64,000 nt of DNA from an uncultured Alphaproteobacteria bacterium (GTDB taxonomy: Bacteria > Pseudomonadota > Alphaproteobacteria > UBA3830 > JAIRWN01): the NCBI GenBank assembly GCA_964369315.1, contig CAYJEJ010000002.1, positions 2,747-66,746 on the forward strand, written 5' to 3'. The translations under genes and the position numbers were made by a program. The notes beneath the pieces were generated by a model. It did not search any database. It saw only the letters and a list, made by a program, of their open reading frames with translations, and was not told the origin of the DNA. Positions 63,779 to 64,000 of this stretch are shown one piece after another; position 1 is the first letter of the stretch; every line of letters starts with the position of its first letter.

Positions 63779-64000
63779 TTAATGCATAGCAGATGACCAA
63801 TTATCACCAATTCCGAGATTAACCTTTAAAGGAACGGTCAACAGGATAGTATTTTCCATAGCATTTTTTATCAACAATAAAGAGTTTTCGTTCGTCTCGA
63901 GCGGAACCTCAAACAAAAGCTCATCGTGAATTTGAAGAACCATTTTTATCTCAGGCATCGAATGGTTTATTAGTTCAGACACATCAATCATGGCTGATTT
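63779..64000 (-). CDS. polA: DNA polymerase I, C-terminal end (gene continues beyond the right edge)
   Basis: 'LQIHDELLFEV' (family A polymerase motif C) and the terminal '...VPLKVNLGIGDNWSSAMH'. Confidence 0.88.
   Translation of the reverse strand, partial: KSAMIDVSELINHSMPEIKMVLQIHDELLFEVPLETNENSLLLIKNAMENTILLTVPLKVNLGIGDNWSSAMH

Noticed and set aside
1-64000. Scan for CRISPR arrays, IS elements/transposases, integrases, phage genes, toxin-antitoxin pairs, restriction-modification or other defence genes
   Set aside because: None of the translated ORFs shows motifs of these classes. No regularly spaced direct repeats were seen. The window is dominated by housekeeping operons.

Overview
The window reads as core chromosome from a low-GC, alphaproteobacterium-like genome. 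My hand count of sample 60-nt lines gives roughly 38-47% GC in most genes. About 70 intact CDS and 2 tRNA genes are packed tightly, often with ATGA/TAATG overlaps, under the standard genetic code.

Content from left to right:
- mlaE' (partial), alr and dnaB on the minus strand.
- trkA, hfq, psd, pssA and a coiled-coil porin on the plus strand.
- metG, holB, tmk and two S11 D,D-carboxypeptidases on the minus strand.
- An uninterrupted, co-directional ~26-kb block: rpoB-rpoC, str (rpsL-rpsG-fusA-tuf), S10, spc (including secY and adk) and alpha (rpsM-rpsK-rpoA-rplQ).
- A more variable stretch: an AT-rich aromatic amino acid permease and a DUF1476/zeta-like gene, an ABC-F ATPase, tRNA-Ala(GGC), rpsD, a 993-aa solute-symporter/histidine-kinase fusion, a stand-alone EAL protein and a phasin-like protein.
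- yraN, rsmI, an LpoA/LppC-like lipoprotein, glyA, nusB, asnB and tRNA-Val(UAC).
- Two tandem ProP-type MFS transporters, a small beta-barrel OMP, ftsI-ftsL-rsmH, an NhaD/ArsB-type permease and the 3' end of polA.

Gene order is alphaproteobacterial (trkA-hfq, dacC-tmk-holB-metG, rsmI/lpoA/yraN). Several neighbours usually found in these clusters are absent: rplKAJL before rpoB, nrdR/rib genes between glyA and nusB, mraZ and the mur genes around rsmH-ftsL-ftsI, and hflX after hfq. With the ProP/HAAAP transporters, this suggests a reduced, host-associated lineage (Rickettsiales/Holosporales-like). That placement is inference, not an identification.

I saw no rRNA, CRISPR array, IS/transposase, integrase, prophage, toxin-antitoxin or recognisable defence genes. 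I cannot support a claim of a novel multi-gene system here. The best leads, all modest:
1. The orphan SSS/6-TM/histidine-kinase fusion divergently paired with a minimal EAL protein.
2. A ~2-kb AT-rich islet right after the alpha operon.
3. Ribosomal protein L30 with a ~47-aa lysine-rich N-terminal extension backed by a strong SD.
4. rsmI and the lpoA-like gene, whose best start codons overlap back-to-back on one CATG.
5. A G9 homopolymer inside trkA.
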